A stretch of DNA of 64,000 bases, from assembly GCA_963575745.1 (NCBI GenBank), contig CAUYUJ010000037.1, positions 1 through 64,000 of the forward strand. The letters run 5' to 3'. Position numbers and translations under genes: made by a program. The notes below the pieces were generated by a model. That model saw nothing but the letters and a program-made list of their open reading frames with translations, was not told the origin of the DNA and did not search any database. Each line of letters opens with the position of its first letter. Position 1 is the first letter of the stretch. The DNA is from Prorocentrum cordatum (lineage: Eukaryota). Positions 1 through 12,994 of the stretch are shown piece after piece.

Positions 1-70
<70 letters not shown>
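1..70. repeat. (GT)n microsatellite, truncated by window edge
   Basis: Pure GT dinucleotide run. Confidence 0.98.
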
Positions 71-73
<3 letters not shown>

Positions 74-2004
74 AGGGACCGTCAGAAACCGGGGAACATG
101 CCCAACTACAGCGACTATATAAACCTTCTTGCGTCGGCGGCGAGGCAGAGGCAGTCCGCACCAGCGTGGGGCTCATCGGGGCGACCGATCGGCAAATTGC
201 CCGGCGCGCAGGAGAGAGAGAGAAGCGAAGACAAGGGCGGCCGCACGAAGGGGCGACTATATAACCAAGAAACTATCATTTAAGAAATCTGGGCCAGCGT
301 CCCCGAAGTGTCTCGAAACAGACCTGTGCCAATTTCTGCTGCTGTTCACGATGGAGGGGCGAACGCGCTCAAGAGGCTCGGCCAGCTCTCCGGGAAGTTG
401 GTTGAGAAACGCTGGCCCAGCTGTTCGGCGGAGATGTCTTCATCTGATGCTCGACTGTGCTCAGAAAGAGAAGTCAGAACCCCTCGGTCCAAGCGCGGGT
501 AGGAATAAGATCGAAGGAAAAAGGCCAAAGCCTGAGCAGGAGCCTCAGGAAGCCCCACAGTTTGTGGGGTAACCAAATGGTTCCGATACCGCTACTCCCC
601 GGACCTCTCCCGGGGTGCGTTCTGACCAGAGTGTCGAGGCGAATCCAGCGGTGGCGACGAGGGCCTCCGATGAGGCCCAAAAAGGGGAAAACGAGGAAAG
701 GGTAGAGGTATGGCTACCTCTTCCTCCTCTGACGTTGGACGCCGGGGGGAATCCCCACCAAGCCCTCCCCTTGCTAATGGGGAGCGCCTCCCGGCAGTCT
801 CCAGCCCCGAGTCCACGGTCGTCACAGTAGAGGAAGAAGTCAACCTCCACAGCGCGCAGCCAGCATGGAAGAAGGCAGGAGGACAGAGCACGGAGGAGCA
901 GCGAAAGGGAGGCACTCGGAGGGCAAGCGTGAGCAGGGTAGGTCCACACAAAACTGCTTCCAAGGCTGGTCGTCCACTGGTGACCTCAGCACCAGGGCGC
1001 AAGCGATCAGAGAGAAGGGCACGCAGAACGAAGGGACACTCTGAGACGCCAAAGCGAGAGAGAGAGAGAGAGACAGAGAGACAGCCCACAGCGGCCTGTC
1101 TGCCGACGGCGGGCACAACGCCCTCGCGCATGTCTGTGAAGTGCAGGTAGATCCTGTTGCCCCTCAGCTTGGGGTGATCAACCTGGGAGCGGATCAACAC
1201 AGAGAGAGTGGTGGGGGACGGCACTGCGAAAGCTCGATCATGAGCGCGCGAACGAGCCTGAAAAGGCTCGGGGATGCTCGAGCAAGCTGAACCCAAGCGA
1301 TTTGCGTATGTACACGACTGCTTAGAAAGGATTCCCAGCGTAAGCCCCAGACAGAAGGTTCTCGCACTCTCGACGCCCACCTATAGGATGCTACAGGGCA
1401 CTGGCCATAGCGCGCGCACTACAGGGCGATTACTCCTGTGAAAACGGCGGATCACGATAGCCAAGTTACCTACGGCAAATCGCAACAGCAAGGGCAAGGG
1501 TGACTCGGCACACGGCGGCAAACTGCAACAGCCACTGCAAGCGGATTCCTGGACTGACGACGGCGAATCACTGAAAAATGGCCCGCCCCACGAGCCGACC
1601 AAGGCGACAGGCGGGCGCCGATCGTCTGAGATGGCACACTGCCCCAGATGGTGCTCGCATGCGTGCAGCCCACACGCCCGACATCACGGTGAGGGCATTA
1701 GATGAGGAACTTCAGGAACCATTGAATAAGGAGTCCAGGGCCTGCAAGCTGGTGGAACTTCAATCGTAGATTGGCCACGGATATCACCGCCACCCTTATC
1801 AGAACAGGAATCCACCATGGTCTGAAGCTTCCTGGGCGCATTCCTTAACCAACGTCCCAATCATATGCCTGTACAGTGGGGTGGACACAGCATCAGAAAT
1901 CATTTGGCCACTGGACAAAACAGCGCAACGGAACCTCAAGTACAGGACGGCAAGGCGGGGACTGACTCAGCAAAATGATTCACAGCCTGTGCCCACGAAT
2001 TGCA

Positions 2005-2330
2005 TGTCACGTTCACCCGCTTCACTGTCACCCAAGGCAATTTCACCCAGGCTGCTTCGCCCAATGTGATTCTCGCAGCCTGCTTCACAAGCTCTGCTTC
2101 ACCCAGGGCTATTTCACCCAGGCTGCTTCACTGGTGTGCTTTTCGCAGCCCGCTTCACAAGGTCTGTCTCACCCAAGGCTATGTCACCCGGGCTGCTTAA
2201 CCCAGTGTATTTCTCGTAGCGTGCTTCCCCCGCTTGTTTCATGAAATTTCACATCGGCTGCTTCACCCAGTGTGTTTCTCGCAGTCTGCTTCACCTGGTC
2301 TGTTTCACCAAGGGCTGTCTCACCTGGTGT
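2005..2330. repeat. Degenerate minisatellite built on TGCTTCACCCAG / TATTTCACCCAG motifs
   Basis: ttcacccag-like motif recurs many times at short spacing. Confidence 0.8.
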
Positions 2331-2896
2331 GGCCTACCTTGGGTATTCCAAATGGTCTTTTCCGCCAGATTTGTTCTCTAGATTAGCTGAGCTGCTGTAT
2401 CATGGGCCGTGTCGCCTTTGTCCGTGTCACCCTTGGTTGATGCGGCCAGGAGGGGGTGAGGATGAGAAGAAGAAATGGCAGCATCAGGCATGCGACCACA
2501 GCATGGAGACTGGTGCCACGAACGCCTTCCTTCCCTGCTTCCCAAAGCAAAACACGCTATTACGCCACCTGATGGGGGTTAGCGAGGGTGCCTCTTCAGG
2601 CCAGGGGGCAGGGGCGCGTGTGCATCGCTCAATTCTGCAAGCAAGGTCGATCTGCGAAGTTCCTGGGTCCCTAAACCGGGCGCACACGCCTAACTCGCAT
2701 AAAAATCGGCCGCCAGGATCTCCGGGAAGGGGGGGCACGGGCCGCAGGCAGGTGCGGCCGGGGCAGGAGGGAACAGGGCTCGAGCCAAACAGTTTTTTCC
2801 CAAACCATCCTGTGTTGGGCCCTCGTTTTGAAGAGACAGCGCCCCGCGTATCCTCTCCTCCTTCCTTCTTCCTCCTCCCCCTGCGTGCCTCTGACC

Positions 2897-4275
2897 TCCG
2901 CATGCCCATTTCAGCACACCCTTCAAACGCTTCGTGGCCCCATGGGGAGCTCCACCGCAAGCCCAAGTGGCTGCGTTCGCATGGCACCACCGCACCCAAT
3001 TTGGCACACCCCTCACACGCGTCGTGGCCCCATAAGGAGTTCCACCGAAGGCCCAAGTGGCTGCATTCGTACGGCGCCACCGCACTCAATTCGCCACACT
3101 CCTCACACGCTTCGTGGCCCCAAAGGGAGCCCCACCGAAGGCTCCAATAGGAGGGTTCGCATGGCGCCACCGCGCCCATGTCGGTACACCCCTCACACGC
3201 TTCGTCGCCCCATATGGAGCTCCACCGAAGGCCCAAGTGGCTGCGCTCGAATGGCACCACCGCACATAATTCTGCAAACCCCTCACACGCTTCGTGGCCC
3301 CATAGGGAGCCCCACCGAAGGCTCAAGGGGTTGCGGTCGCATGGCACCACCGCACTCAATTCGGCACGCCCCTCACACGCTTCGTGGCCCCATAGGGAGC
3401 CCCACCGAAAGCCCAAGTGGCTGCGTTCGCATGGCACCACCGCAACCATTTCGGCACGCCCCTGACACGCTTCGTGGCCCCGCAGGGAGCCCCACCGATG
3501 GCCCAAGTGACTGCGTTCGCATGGCACCACCGCACCCATGTCAGCACACCCCTCACACGTTTCGTGGCCCCACTGAAACCCACCGAAGGCCCAAGTGGTT
3601 GCGTTCGCATGGCACCACCGCACGCTTGGCGGCACCATGAGGAGCTCCACCGAAGGTGCAAGTGGCTGCATTCGTATGGCGCCACCGCACCCATTTCAGC
3701 ACGCCCCTCGAACGCTTCGTGGCCCCGTAGGGAGGTCCACCGAAGGCCCCAATGGCTGCGTTCGCACCGAAGGCTCCAGAGGGAGGGCTCGCATGGCACC
3801 ACCGCGCCCAATTCGGCACACCCCTCACACGGCTCGTGGCCCCATATGGAGCTCCACCGAAGGCTCCAGCGGGAGGGCTCGCATGGCGCCACCGCACTCA
3901 ATTTGGCACTCTCCTCACACGCTTCCTGGCCCCATAGCGAGCTCCACCGAAGGCTCCAGTGGCAGGGTTCGCATGGCGCCACCGCACTCAATTCGGCACA
4001 CTCCTCACACGCTTCGTGGCCCCAGAGGGAGGTCCACCGAACACTCGGCACACCCTCTCACACGGCTCGTGGCCCCATAGGGAGCTCCACCGAAGGCCCC
4101 AATGGCAGGATTCGCATGGCACCACCGCGCCCAATACGGCACACCCATCACACGGTTCGTGGCCGCCCGGGGGGCGCCACCCAAGGCTCCAGCGTGAAGG
4201 TTCGCATGGCGCCACCGCACCCAAGTCGGCACACCCCTCATACGGTTCGTGGCCCTATCAGGAGCTCCACCGAAA
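2897..4275 (+). repeat. ~90-bp tandem satellite, about 15 units
   Basis: Unit cgtggccccatagggagctccaccgaaggcccaagtggctgcgttcgcatggcaccaccgcacccaattcggcacacccctcacacgctt; cgtggccc recurs at ~90-bp spacing (2933, 3113, 3293, 3473). Confidence 0.95.
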
Positions 4276-4589
4276 GCGGTACCCACAATGCGGCACTCGC
4301 ACTTGCATTTGGCCGGGCCCTGCGTCAGGCGACTTCGTGTTCGCTTTATTGTCGGTGTCCGTCGTTATGTCTTCGTTCTTCCTGTACTGCGAAGCGAATT
4401 CAAAACGAAAGCGGTCCAAGAAATCGCCCAAAAACCCGCTTAGCTCCCTGGGAGGGAAGGTGCAGAGCGCGCACCCCCAGCGGCCGAGGGAAACTCGGCC
4501 CAGTAGAAGTTGTTGTTCGACAGGGAGGGGGCGGGGGAAGTCCACTGCACTGTTCCTCGCCCTCCTTTTTCCTCCCTCCTTCTCAACGT

Positions 4590-5360
4590 TCATCGATCCT
4601 CCTCCTCAACCCCTCCTCATCCTCCTCCTCCTCCTCCTCCTCCTCCTCCTCCTGCTCCTCCTCGTCTTCCTCCTCCTCCTCCTCATCCTCCTCCTCCTCC
4701 TCACTTCCCTCCTCTCTACTCCTCCTCCTCCTCCTCCTCATCCTCCTCCTCCTCCTCCTCCTCCTCCTCCTCCTCCTCCTCCTCCTCCTCGTTCCCCCTC
4801 CTCCTCATCCTCCTCCCTCCTCCTCCTCCTCCTCATGCTCCTCCTCCCCCTCCTCCTCCTCATCGCCATCATCAGCATCAATCAGCATCAGCATCAGCAT
4901 CAGCATCAGCATCAGCATCGTCATCAGCATCATCATCATCAGCATCATCATCATCGTCATCATCCGCATCAACAACCTCATCGTCATCCTCATCCTGATC
5001 CTCTTCTCCTCCTCCCCATCCTCCTTCTCCGCCTCCTCCGCCTCCTCCTCCTCCTCCGCCTCCTCCTCCCCCTCTCCTCCTCCTCCCCCCATCGCCCGTT
5101 CCTCCTCCTTCCGCCGCTCCTCCTCCTCCTCCTCCTCCTCCGCTTCCCCCTCCTCCTCCTCCTCCACTTCCTCCTCCACCTCCGCCTCCGCTTCCTCCTC
5201 CTGTTCCTCCTCCTCCTCCGTCTTCCCATCCTCCTCCTCATTCTACTCCTGCTCCTCCTACGCAGTTTTCCTTTTCCGCCTCCTCCTCATGCTCCTTCTC
5301 CTCAGCATCCTCCTCCTCGTCCTTCTCCTCCTCCTCCTCCTCCTCGCCCGCTTCTTTATA
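4590..5360. repeat. (CCT)n / (CAT,CAG)n compound microsatellite
   Basis: Direct inspection. Confidence 0.95.
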
Positions 5361-5595
5361 TGATTATGTTTCTTTGTATATGTATTAGTGTGATGGCTAA
5401 AAACAATCTAAGGTTAGTACTAATCCGATTAACAATACGAATGATGGCGGTCATAATAAAAAGATAGCTTACATACTAAAAAATACCCCTGGTAATAACA
5501 ACCGTAAATATAAGAAGAATGATACGTACCATTAGTAGTGCCATTGGTAGTAGTATTAGTATCAGTATTAGTATCAGTATTAGTATCAGTATTAG

Positions 5596-5599
5596 TACG

Positions 5600-5643
<44 letters not shown>

Positions 5644-5671
5644 GACTACTACTACTACTACTACGACTGCG

Positions 5672-5714
<43 letters not shown>

Positions 5715-5756
5715 TTACTACTACTACTACTACTACTACGACGACGACGACGACGA

Positions 5757-5807
<51 letters not shown>

Positions 5808-5808
5808 T

Positions 5809-5866
<58 letters not shown>

Positions 5867-5927
5867 ACGACTACGACTACGACTACTACTACTACTACTA
5901 CTACTAAATACTACTACTACTACTACG

Positions 5928-5961
<34 letters not shown>

Positions 5962-5989
5962 TACTACTACTACTACTACTACTACTCCG

Positions 5990-6020
<31 letters not shown>

Positions 6021-6120
6021 ACTACTACTACTACTAATACCTACTACCTACGACCTACTACTTACTACTAACTACTAACCTACTACTACCTACTACCTAC
6101 TACCTACTACCTACTACGTA

Positions 6121-6181
<61 letters not shown>

Positions 6182-6206
6182 GACTACTACTACTACTGCT
6201 ACTACG

Positions 6207-6274
<68 letters not shown>

Positions 6275-6275
6275 G
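5596..6275. repeat. (CTA)n microsatellite with (CGA) variants
   Basis: Direct inspection. Confidence 0.95.
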
Positions 6276-6527
6276 AATAATAATATTAATACTAATAATA
6301 ATGAAAATAATTACGCTACCGAGGAGACCCACATACCTAGTTTAAGTCGCGTGTGTTCGCAGACCCTCGCCGCCCATCTGAACCATTGCAGTCTTCATCG
6401 CCTAACATGGAGGTGGCAGCGCATCCACGGCGATATTGGGGGGCATGGCTGCCGCGCAGGTCGGGCGGTGCTCTGAAGTAGGACTACAGGAGCGCGCCTG
6501 CGTGACAGCGCAGGCGCGCAGGGCCGG

Positions 6528-6548
6528 CTTGAGCCAAGGTGTTTACAG
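6528..6548 (-). other. Relic dinoflagellate spliced leader
   Basis: Minus strand ctgtaaacaccttggctcaag vs SL ccgtagccattttggctcaag (16/21; last 10 nt exact), followed by a GC-rich UTR-like stretch and gcagccATG. Confidence 0.5.
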
Positions 6549-6572
6549 ATCTTGGCAAGACACAACTTCCCA

Positions 6573-7205
6573 CCCCAGCGCACCCCCTGTGGCGCCCAGG
6601 AAATACCACGCCTGCCACGCCCTGGGGGCCTGCAACGCATAGGGCCCCCACCCCCAGCGCACCCTCTGTGGCGTCGAAGGAATGCCGCGCCTGCCACGCC
6701 TTGGGAGCCTGCAACGCATAGGGTCCCCACCCCCAGCGCACCCCCTGTGGCGTCCAGGAAATGCCACGCCTGCCACGCCCTGGGAGCCTGCAACGCACAG
6801 GGCCCCCACCCCAAGCGCACCCCCTGTGGCGTCGAGGAAATGCCACGCCTTCCACGCCCTGGGAGCCTGCAACGCATAGGGCCCCCACCCCCAGCACCCC
6901 CTGTGGCTAAGAGGAAATGCCACGCCTGCCACGACCGTCGTGCATAGCGGCCGAGCTCAGGGACCACCCCCTGCGCACCCACTGTGGTGTCGAGAAAGTG
7001 CCACGCCTGCTGTGCCTGGACGACCGTCGTGCATAGCGGCCGCTCTCAGGGACCACCCCCTGCGCACCCGCTATGGTGTCGAGGAAGTGTCACGCCTGCT
7101 GTGCCTGGACGACCGTCGTGCATAGCGGCCGAGCTCAGGGACAACCCCCTGCGCACCCCCTGTGGAGTCGAGAAAGTGCCACGCCTGCTGTGCCTCGACG
7201 ACCGT
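6573..7205 (+). repeat. Two related tandem satellites (~79 bp then ~88 bp units)
   Basis: Shared core gcgcaccccctgtggcgtcgaggaaatgccacgcctgc. First block continues with cacgccctgggagcctgcaacgcatagggcccc, second with tgtgcctggacgaccgtcgtgcatagcggccgagctcaggg. Confidence 0.92.
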
Positions 7206-7517
7206 CTGTGCTGTGCTGTGCTAGTCTGTGCTGTGCTGTGCTGTGCTGTGCTCTGCTCTGCTCTGCTCTGCTCTGCTGAGCTGTGCGGTGCTGTGCTGAG
7301 CTGAGCTGTGCTAAGCTGTGCCGTGTGTGTGTGTGCGAGTGTGTGCATGCGTGCGGCTGTATGTAGACGCGTGTCTCATGTACTTGCCGTGCATGTGTTG
7401 AGCGCGGGTGAGGAGAGGAAGAAGAGGGAGGAGGGGAGGCGAGGAGACGCGGGTGCGCCGCGGCAGGGAAGAAAACCAGAACCCCACGAAAAATGTGGGG
7501 GGTAATAAGTTTAATAC

Positions 7518-7548
<31 letters not shown>

Positions 7549-7561
7549 GATAATGATAATG

Positions 7562-7595
<34 letters not shown>

Positions 7596-7625
7596 AAATA
7601 ATAATAATGCTAATGATAATAATAT
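7206..7625. repeat. (GCTGT/GCTCT)n, (GT)n and (AATGAT)n microsatellites
   Basis: Direct inspection. Confidence 0.85.
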
Positions 7626-8189
7626 AAGTAAGACGACTACGATTATGAGTAGCAGTCATCTCATTCGTGTCATTAATACTATATGTATTGTTGGTATTTC
7701 TACAAATCACGCAATACTAGAATTACTACGACTAGTAGTAATAGTGGTATTATTCGTAGCAATACGGTCATCAATAAGAATATTCGTATTGCTAGGATTA
7801 CTAGAACTATTACTGGAAGTAGTAGTACAAGTACTTCTGATAGCATCATCAGTAGTGTTACTCATATTGTTATGAAATGTATTACTATTCGTACTAAGTT
7901 AGGTATCAGTGTTATTAGGAGTAGTGGTATAAGTAGTAATAGTTGTTCTCTCCCTGCAAACAAATCCATATCTCAAGAATCCGCTGCCCCTCGAGGAGGC
8001 TTTTCTGACCCCCACGCACGGTACACAGAACTAAGCAGCGAGCAAGAACTGGCAACGGCACAGGACGCGCAGAGTTGTCCTGCGAACGTGCCCGAAATTC
8101 TGTGAGAGAGGCCGCGCGGGGAGAGGGCAAGGAGGACGGAACTGAGGGGGAACAAACGGGGCGACGTGACCGGGCGACGTGACCGCAGC

Positions 8190-8370
8190 AAGAGTAGTAG
8201 AAGTAGTAATAGTAGAAGTAGTTGCAGCAGCATCAATACTCTTACTCGTATCACCAGTACCGTTACGAGTATGATGCGTAGTAGGAGTAGTAGTAGTAAT
8301 AGTAGTAGATGTAGTAGTAGTCGTAGTAGTCGTAGTAGTCGTAGTAGTCGTAGTAGTCGTAGTAGTCGTC

Positions 8371-8456
<86 letters not shown>

Positions 8457-8471
8457 CGTAGTAGTAGTAGT

Positions 8472-8504
<33 letters not shown>

Positions 8505-9659
8505 GCTATTAATAGTTTGAGGAGTATCGTAGGAATATAGCTTGAGGAGTATAGTAGTAATAGAAGTGTAAGTGATAGTAGAAAAAGTTTAGTTTTAGTA
8601 GTTGGAGTCGCATTGTCAGTGGTAGTAGAACAAACTGTGGTATTATGAATAATTTGAGTAGTAGTATTAGTATTACCGCAATCGCACTAGCATTATTATT
8701 GACAGCGTGGATATTAATACTTCTACCACCAGGTTGGCATTATTCGTATGTCTAATACTCTTATAACTATTGATAGCATTACTATTCCTCCTCCTCCTCC
8801 TCATCATCATCCTCTTCCTCCTCCTCATCATCATCATCCTCCGCCTCCCCCTCCACCCCCTCCTCCTCCTCCTCCTCCTCCTCCTCCTCATCATCATCAT
8901 CATCATCATCAGCATCATCATCCCCCTCCTCCTCAGCCCTCAGCCCTCCGCCCTCCCCCTCAGCCCTCACCCTCCTCTTCCGTCCTACTCCTCATCCTCC
9001 TCCTCCCCCTCCTCCTCCTCTTCCTCCTCCTGCTCCTCCTTCTCCTCATCTTCCTCCTCCTCCTCATTCGCCTCTTCCTCCTCCCCCTCCTCTTCCTCAT
9101 CCTGTTCCTCCCACTCCTCCTCCTCATCCTCCTCATTTTCCTCTTCCTCCGCCTCCTCCTCATCCTCATCCTTTTCCTCCTCCTCCTCCTCTTCTTTCTC
9201 CTTCTACTCCGCCCCCTCCTTCTCCTCCTTCTCCTCCTCCTCCTCATCCTCATTCTCCTTCTCCTGTATTAGTTGCACTATTCATGATATTACTAAAACA
9301 ACAAATAAGACTACCGCACGGATTAGTATGATCAGTATTGTTAGTAGTAGCATGTGCAGTATTACTGCAGTAGTATCAGTAGCCCTACGAGTATTAAGAT
9401 AGGAATACTACTACCACTAGTAGTAGTAGAAGTGTTAATAGTATTACGTGGAGTACTATGAATCGTCTTAATGGCATGGTTACTAATATGATTAGTATTA
9501 TCCGTATTATTAGTGGGAGTAGTAGTAGTAGTTGTAATAGGAATGGCAGTAGTAATACCCCCGGTAGCATGATAAGTGTTGGTGCCAATGCTCATAACAG
9601 TTGTAGTGCTGTTCGCATTACTGTCAGTAGTATTGCGATTAAGAGTCGTAGTACTAGGA

Positions 9660-9701
<42 letters not shown>

Positions 9702-9702
9702 A

Positions 9703-9735
<33 letters not shown>

Positions 9736-9774
9736 AAGTAGTAGAAGTAGTAGTAGTAGTAGTAGTAGTCGTAG

Positions 9775-9838
<64 letters not shown>

Positions 9839-9968
9839 TTGAGTAGTAGTAGTAGTAGTAATAGTAGCAGTAGCAGTAGCAGTAGTAGTAGTGGGAGCAG
9901 TAGTAGTACCAATACAAATAGAATTAGCACCAGTACCGTTACGAGGATGATTCGTAGTAGTAGTAGTA

Positions 9969-10024
<56 letters not shown>

Positions 10025-11017
10025 GTTCTTAGTGCTGAAATTAGCTGGAATCATATTATTAGAAGTGATCGGAAAAGCGTTGGCAATACCAGTAAAATGA
10101 ACATAAAACCCGCAGTCGAATTAGCATCCGCATTGTTAGTATGATTAGAAGTACAAGCACTAAGGTTGCCATTACTCGTATTACTAGTACTGTTATCATT
10201 AGTTGTATCGTTACTTATCCTCGTCATCCTCTTCTTCCACCTCCTCCTCGTGTTCCTCTTCATCCTTCTCTTCCTCCTCCTCCTCCTTCTCCTGCTCCTC
10301 CTCCTCATCATCCTCCGCCTCCTCCTCCACCTCATCATCTTCATCCTCCTCCTCCTCATCATCCTTGTCCTCCTCCTCCTCCTCCTCCTCCTCCTCCTCC
10401 TCCCCCTCTGCCCTCCGCCCTCCGCCCTCCCCCTTCCGCCCTCACCCTCCTCCTCCTCCTCCTCCTCCTCCTCCTCCTACTCCTCCTCTCTCCTCCTCCG
10501 CTCCGCCTCGCTCTCCCTCCTTCTCATCATCCTCCTCATCTTCCGCCTCCTCATCATCCGCCTCTTCCTCCTCCTCCTCCTCCTCCTCCTCTCCTCCTCC
10601 TCCTCCTCCTTCTCACCATCATCCTCTTCCACATTATGTTACTACTCCTCCTCCTCTCCTCCTCCTCCTCTCCTCCTCCTCCTCCTCCCTCCTCCTCCTC
10701 CTCCTCCTCCTCCTCATTCCTTTCTTCCGCCTCCTCCGCCTCCTGATCCTCCACCTCATCCTCATCCTCTTCCTCCTTGTCCGTATCCCTCCTCCTCCTC
10801 TCCTCCACCTCCTCGCCTCACCTCCGCCTCCGCCTCCTCCTCCTCCTCCTCCTCCGCATCCTCCTCCTTCTCCTACTCCTCCTCCTCCTCCTCATTATCC
10901 TCCTCCTCTCCTCCTTCCTCCTCCTCCTCCTCCGCCTCCTCCTCTCCATCATCATCATCATCAACAACAACATCATCATCATCATCACCATCATCTCATC
11001 ATCATCATCATCAGCAG

Positions 11018-11054
<37 letters not shown>

Positions 11055-11071
11055 TCATCATCATCATCATC

Positions 11072-11137
<66 letters not shown>

Positions 11138-11149
11138 CATCAGCATCAG

Positions 11150-11190
<41 letters not shown>

Positions 11191-11202
11191 CCATCACCAT
11201 CA

Positions 11203-11251
<49 letters not shown>

Positions 11252-11438
11252 GTCATCATCATCGCTCATCAATCATCATCATCATCAGCATCATCAGCAT
11301 CATCAGCAGCAGCATCATCAGCAGCATCAGCATCAGCATCATCATCATCATCATCAGCATCATCAGCATCATCAGCATCATCATCACCATCATCATCAGC
11401 AGCAGCAGCAACAGCATCAGCATCATCATCATCATCAG

Positions 11439-11482
<44 letters not shown>

Positions 11483-11722
11483 CCATCATCATCGTCATCA
11501 TCATCATCCACCTCCTACTCGTCCCCCTCCTCCACCTCCTCCTCCTCCTCATCATTCCTCCTCCTCCTCCACCTCCGCCTCATCCTCCTTTCCTCCGCCT
11601 CCTTGTCTTCCTCCTCATCCTCCGCCTCCTCCTCATCCGCCTCCTCCTCCTCCGCCTCCTACTTCTCCTCCGCCCCCTCCTCCTCATCCTCCTCCGCCTC
11701 CTCATTGTTCTCCTCCTCCTCC
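8190..11722. repeat. Compound microsatellite field: (TAG)n, (CCT)n, (GTC)n, (CAT/CAG)n
   Basis: Direct inspection; ORFs here are homopolymeric artefacts. Confidence 0.95.
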
Positions 11723-11744
11723 TCCGTAGCCATTTTGGCTCAAG
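11723..11744 (+). other. Perfect 22-nt dinoflagellate spliced leader (DinoSL) in genomic DNA
   Basis: TCCGTAGCCATTTTGGCTCAAG matches the established consensus DCCGTAGCCATTTTGGCTCAAG 22/22. Confidence 0.97.
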
Positions 11745-11760
11745 CACAGGGAAGCGGCGC

Positions 11761-11785
11761 GCCGTAGCAACCTTTTGGGCTCTCG
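11761..11785 (+). other. Second, degenerate SL relic just downstream of the perfect SL
   Basis: gccgtagcaaccttttgggctctcg resembles ccgtagccattttggctcaag with small indels. Confidence 0.55.
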
Positions 11786-12007
11786 GATGTGCTAGCCGCC
11801 TCGCCTGCTCTCCGCCTCCTCGGGGCGCTTGAGGGACACCCCTACTCTGGCTCTGGTATTCTACTGGTGTGGATTCTCGGATTCAGGTTGGGTTGACTAA
11901 GGAGAGTTAAACACGTTTCCGACAGCATCGGCGTCGTTTACGCTGACATCCTCGGACGTGACAAGAACGGGACAATTTCTTCAAGTACGGCAACGGTCGC
12001 ACCCAGT

Positions 12008-12994
12008 ATGGCGGCGCATTCAATCCTGCGTCACTGGGAGATGTCGGACATTAACCCGCAGGTAGTCGAGCAGGCTGCACAACCGCTCCTCGAGTCGCTG
12101 GGCATCCCGTGCAAGAGCCGCGATATCTTTCAACTATATGAAGATCGTGAACTCTGTGCGTCATCTGCACTCGTGGTCATATCCTGCGTCTGTCCGCCAT
12201 CTCAGGGCCGCGACTACCTCGACCCCTTGATGCAGAAGTACCTCGGCTACGCAGTGGACAGGGCCGAGAGACGGCTCGTTTACGAGAATATGACATTCGA
12301 GGCTGCAGTGGGTCAACTTCCGCATGCGACGGTGATCAGTATCAGCCGACGGTCGGACAAGGTCAGAGTCAGCGGTACCCCCTCGACGATTGCCACTCTC
12401 GGCGCGATCCCAGGGTACAAGCCGCAGCAGTGCGCGGAGGCATCAGGATCGGAGGCCACGCCGCTTGTGAACGGCCGCGACCTGATTGTCAAGGTCGCCG
12501 ACAACGGACCGCTCGAAGCCTCTCACTACTTGGGGACCGACGGCATCTTCAACCTTGTCAGAGCGTGCAGCTCCGCCACCATACGCGGTTGGAAAATTCT
12601 TTTCGCAGCCGATGGCGGTGGAGGTTTAACTTACGGTTGCGGTCTCAATGTGCTCGCCACCCCTCGAGGGCGCCAAGTACCAGCAACGCCGGTGGCCACT
12701 GAGTACATGCCAGTTGTCCTTCGTACGTTGGGAGGCTCTACGGGCACCTATGCAGACTTCCACGAATACGCCAAGGACTTGAGGGTTCAACAACTCATGG
12801 ACGGGTACTTGCGCAGCGTACAGGCTGGAGGTTCTGATACAATATGGGACCAGGCAGTGGTTGCAACCAGTGTGCTTCAGCCGCACGCCAACTACAACAC
12901 GGGGATCATGTGGCTCTTCGCGACGGCAGTAAGGCCACCGCAGCCCAGCACTAGCCGCTTGGGGGGTGGACCACAAGAGCGCGAAGGCCACTAA
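12008..12994 (+). CDS. Intronless 328-aa protein of unknown function
   Basis: Uninterrupted, high-complexity, globular-looking ORF 263 nt after the SL; the frame is open from ~11897; no motif recognised. Confidence 0.7.
   Translation: MAAHSILRHWEMSDINPQVVEQAAQPLLESLGIPCKSRDIFQLYEDRELCASSALVVISCVCPPSQGRDYLDPLMQKYLGYAVDRAERRLVYENMTFEAAVGQLPHATVISISRRSDKVRVSGTPSTIATLGAIPGYKPQQCAEASGSEATPLVNGRDLIVKVADNGPLEASHYLGTDGIFNLVRACSSATIRGWKILFAADGGGGLTYGCGLNVLATPRGRQVPATPVATEYMPVVLRTLGGSTGTYADFHEYAKDLRVQQLMDGYLRSVQAGGSDTIWDQAVVATSVLQPHANYNTGIMWLFATAVRPPQPSTSRLGGGPQEREGH

Noticed and set aside
71..1980. Protein-coding gene or recombinase remnant
   Set aside because: Complex sequence, but no ORF shows a motif I can identify; left unassigned.
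2272..4300. Repeat-protein ORFs over the 90-bp satellite (also 41023-42464)
   Set aside because: The unit length is a multiple of three and ORFs appear in many frames; this is a non-coding satellite.
11723..11760. SL RNA gene
   Set aside because: The SL exon is followed by CACAGG rather than a splice donor and SL intron; it precedes a protein ORF, as in a retroposed mRNA.
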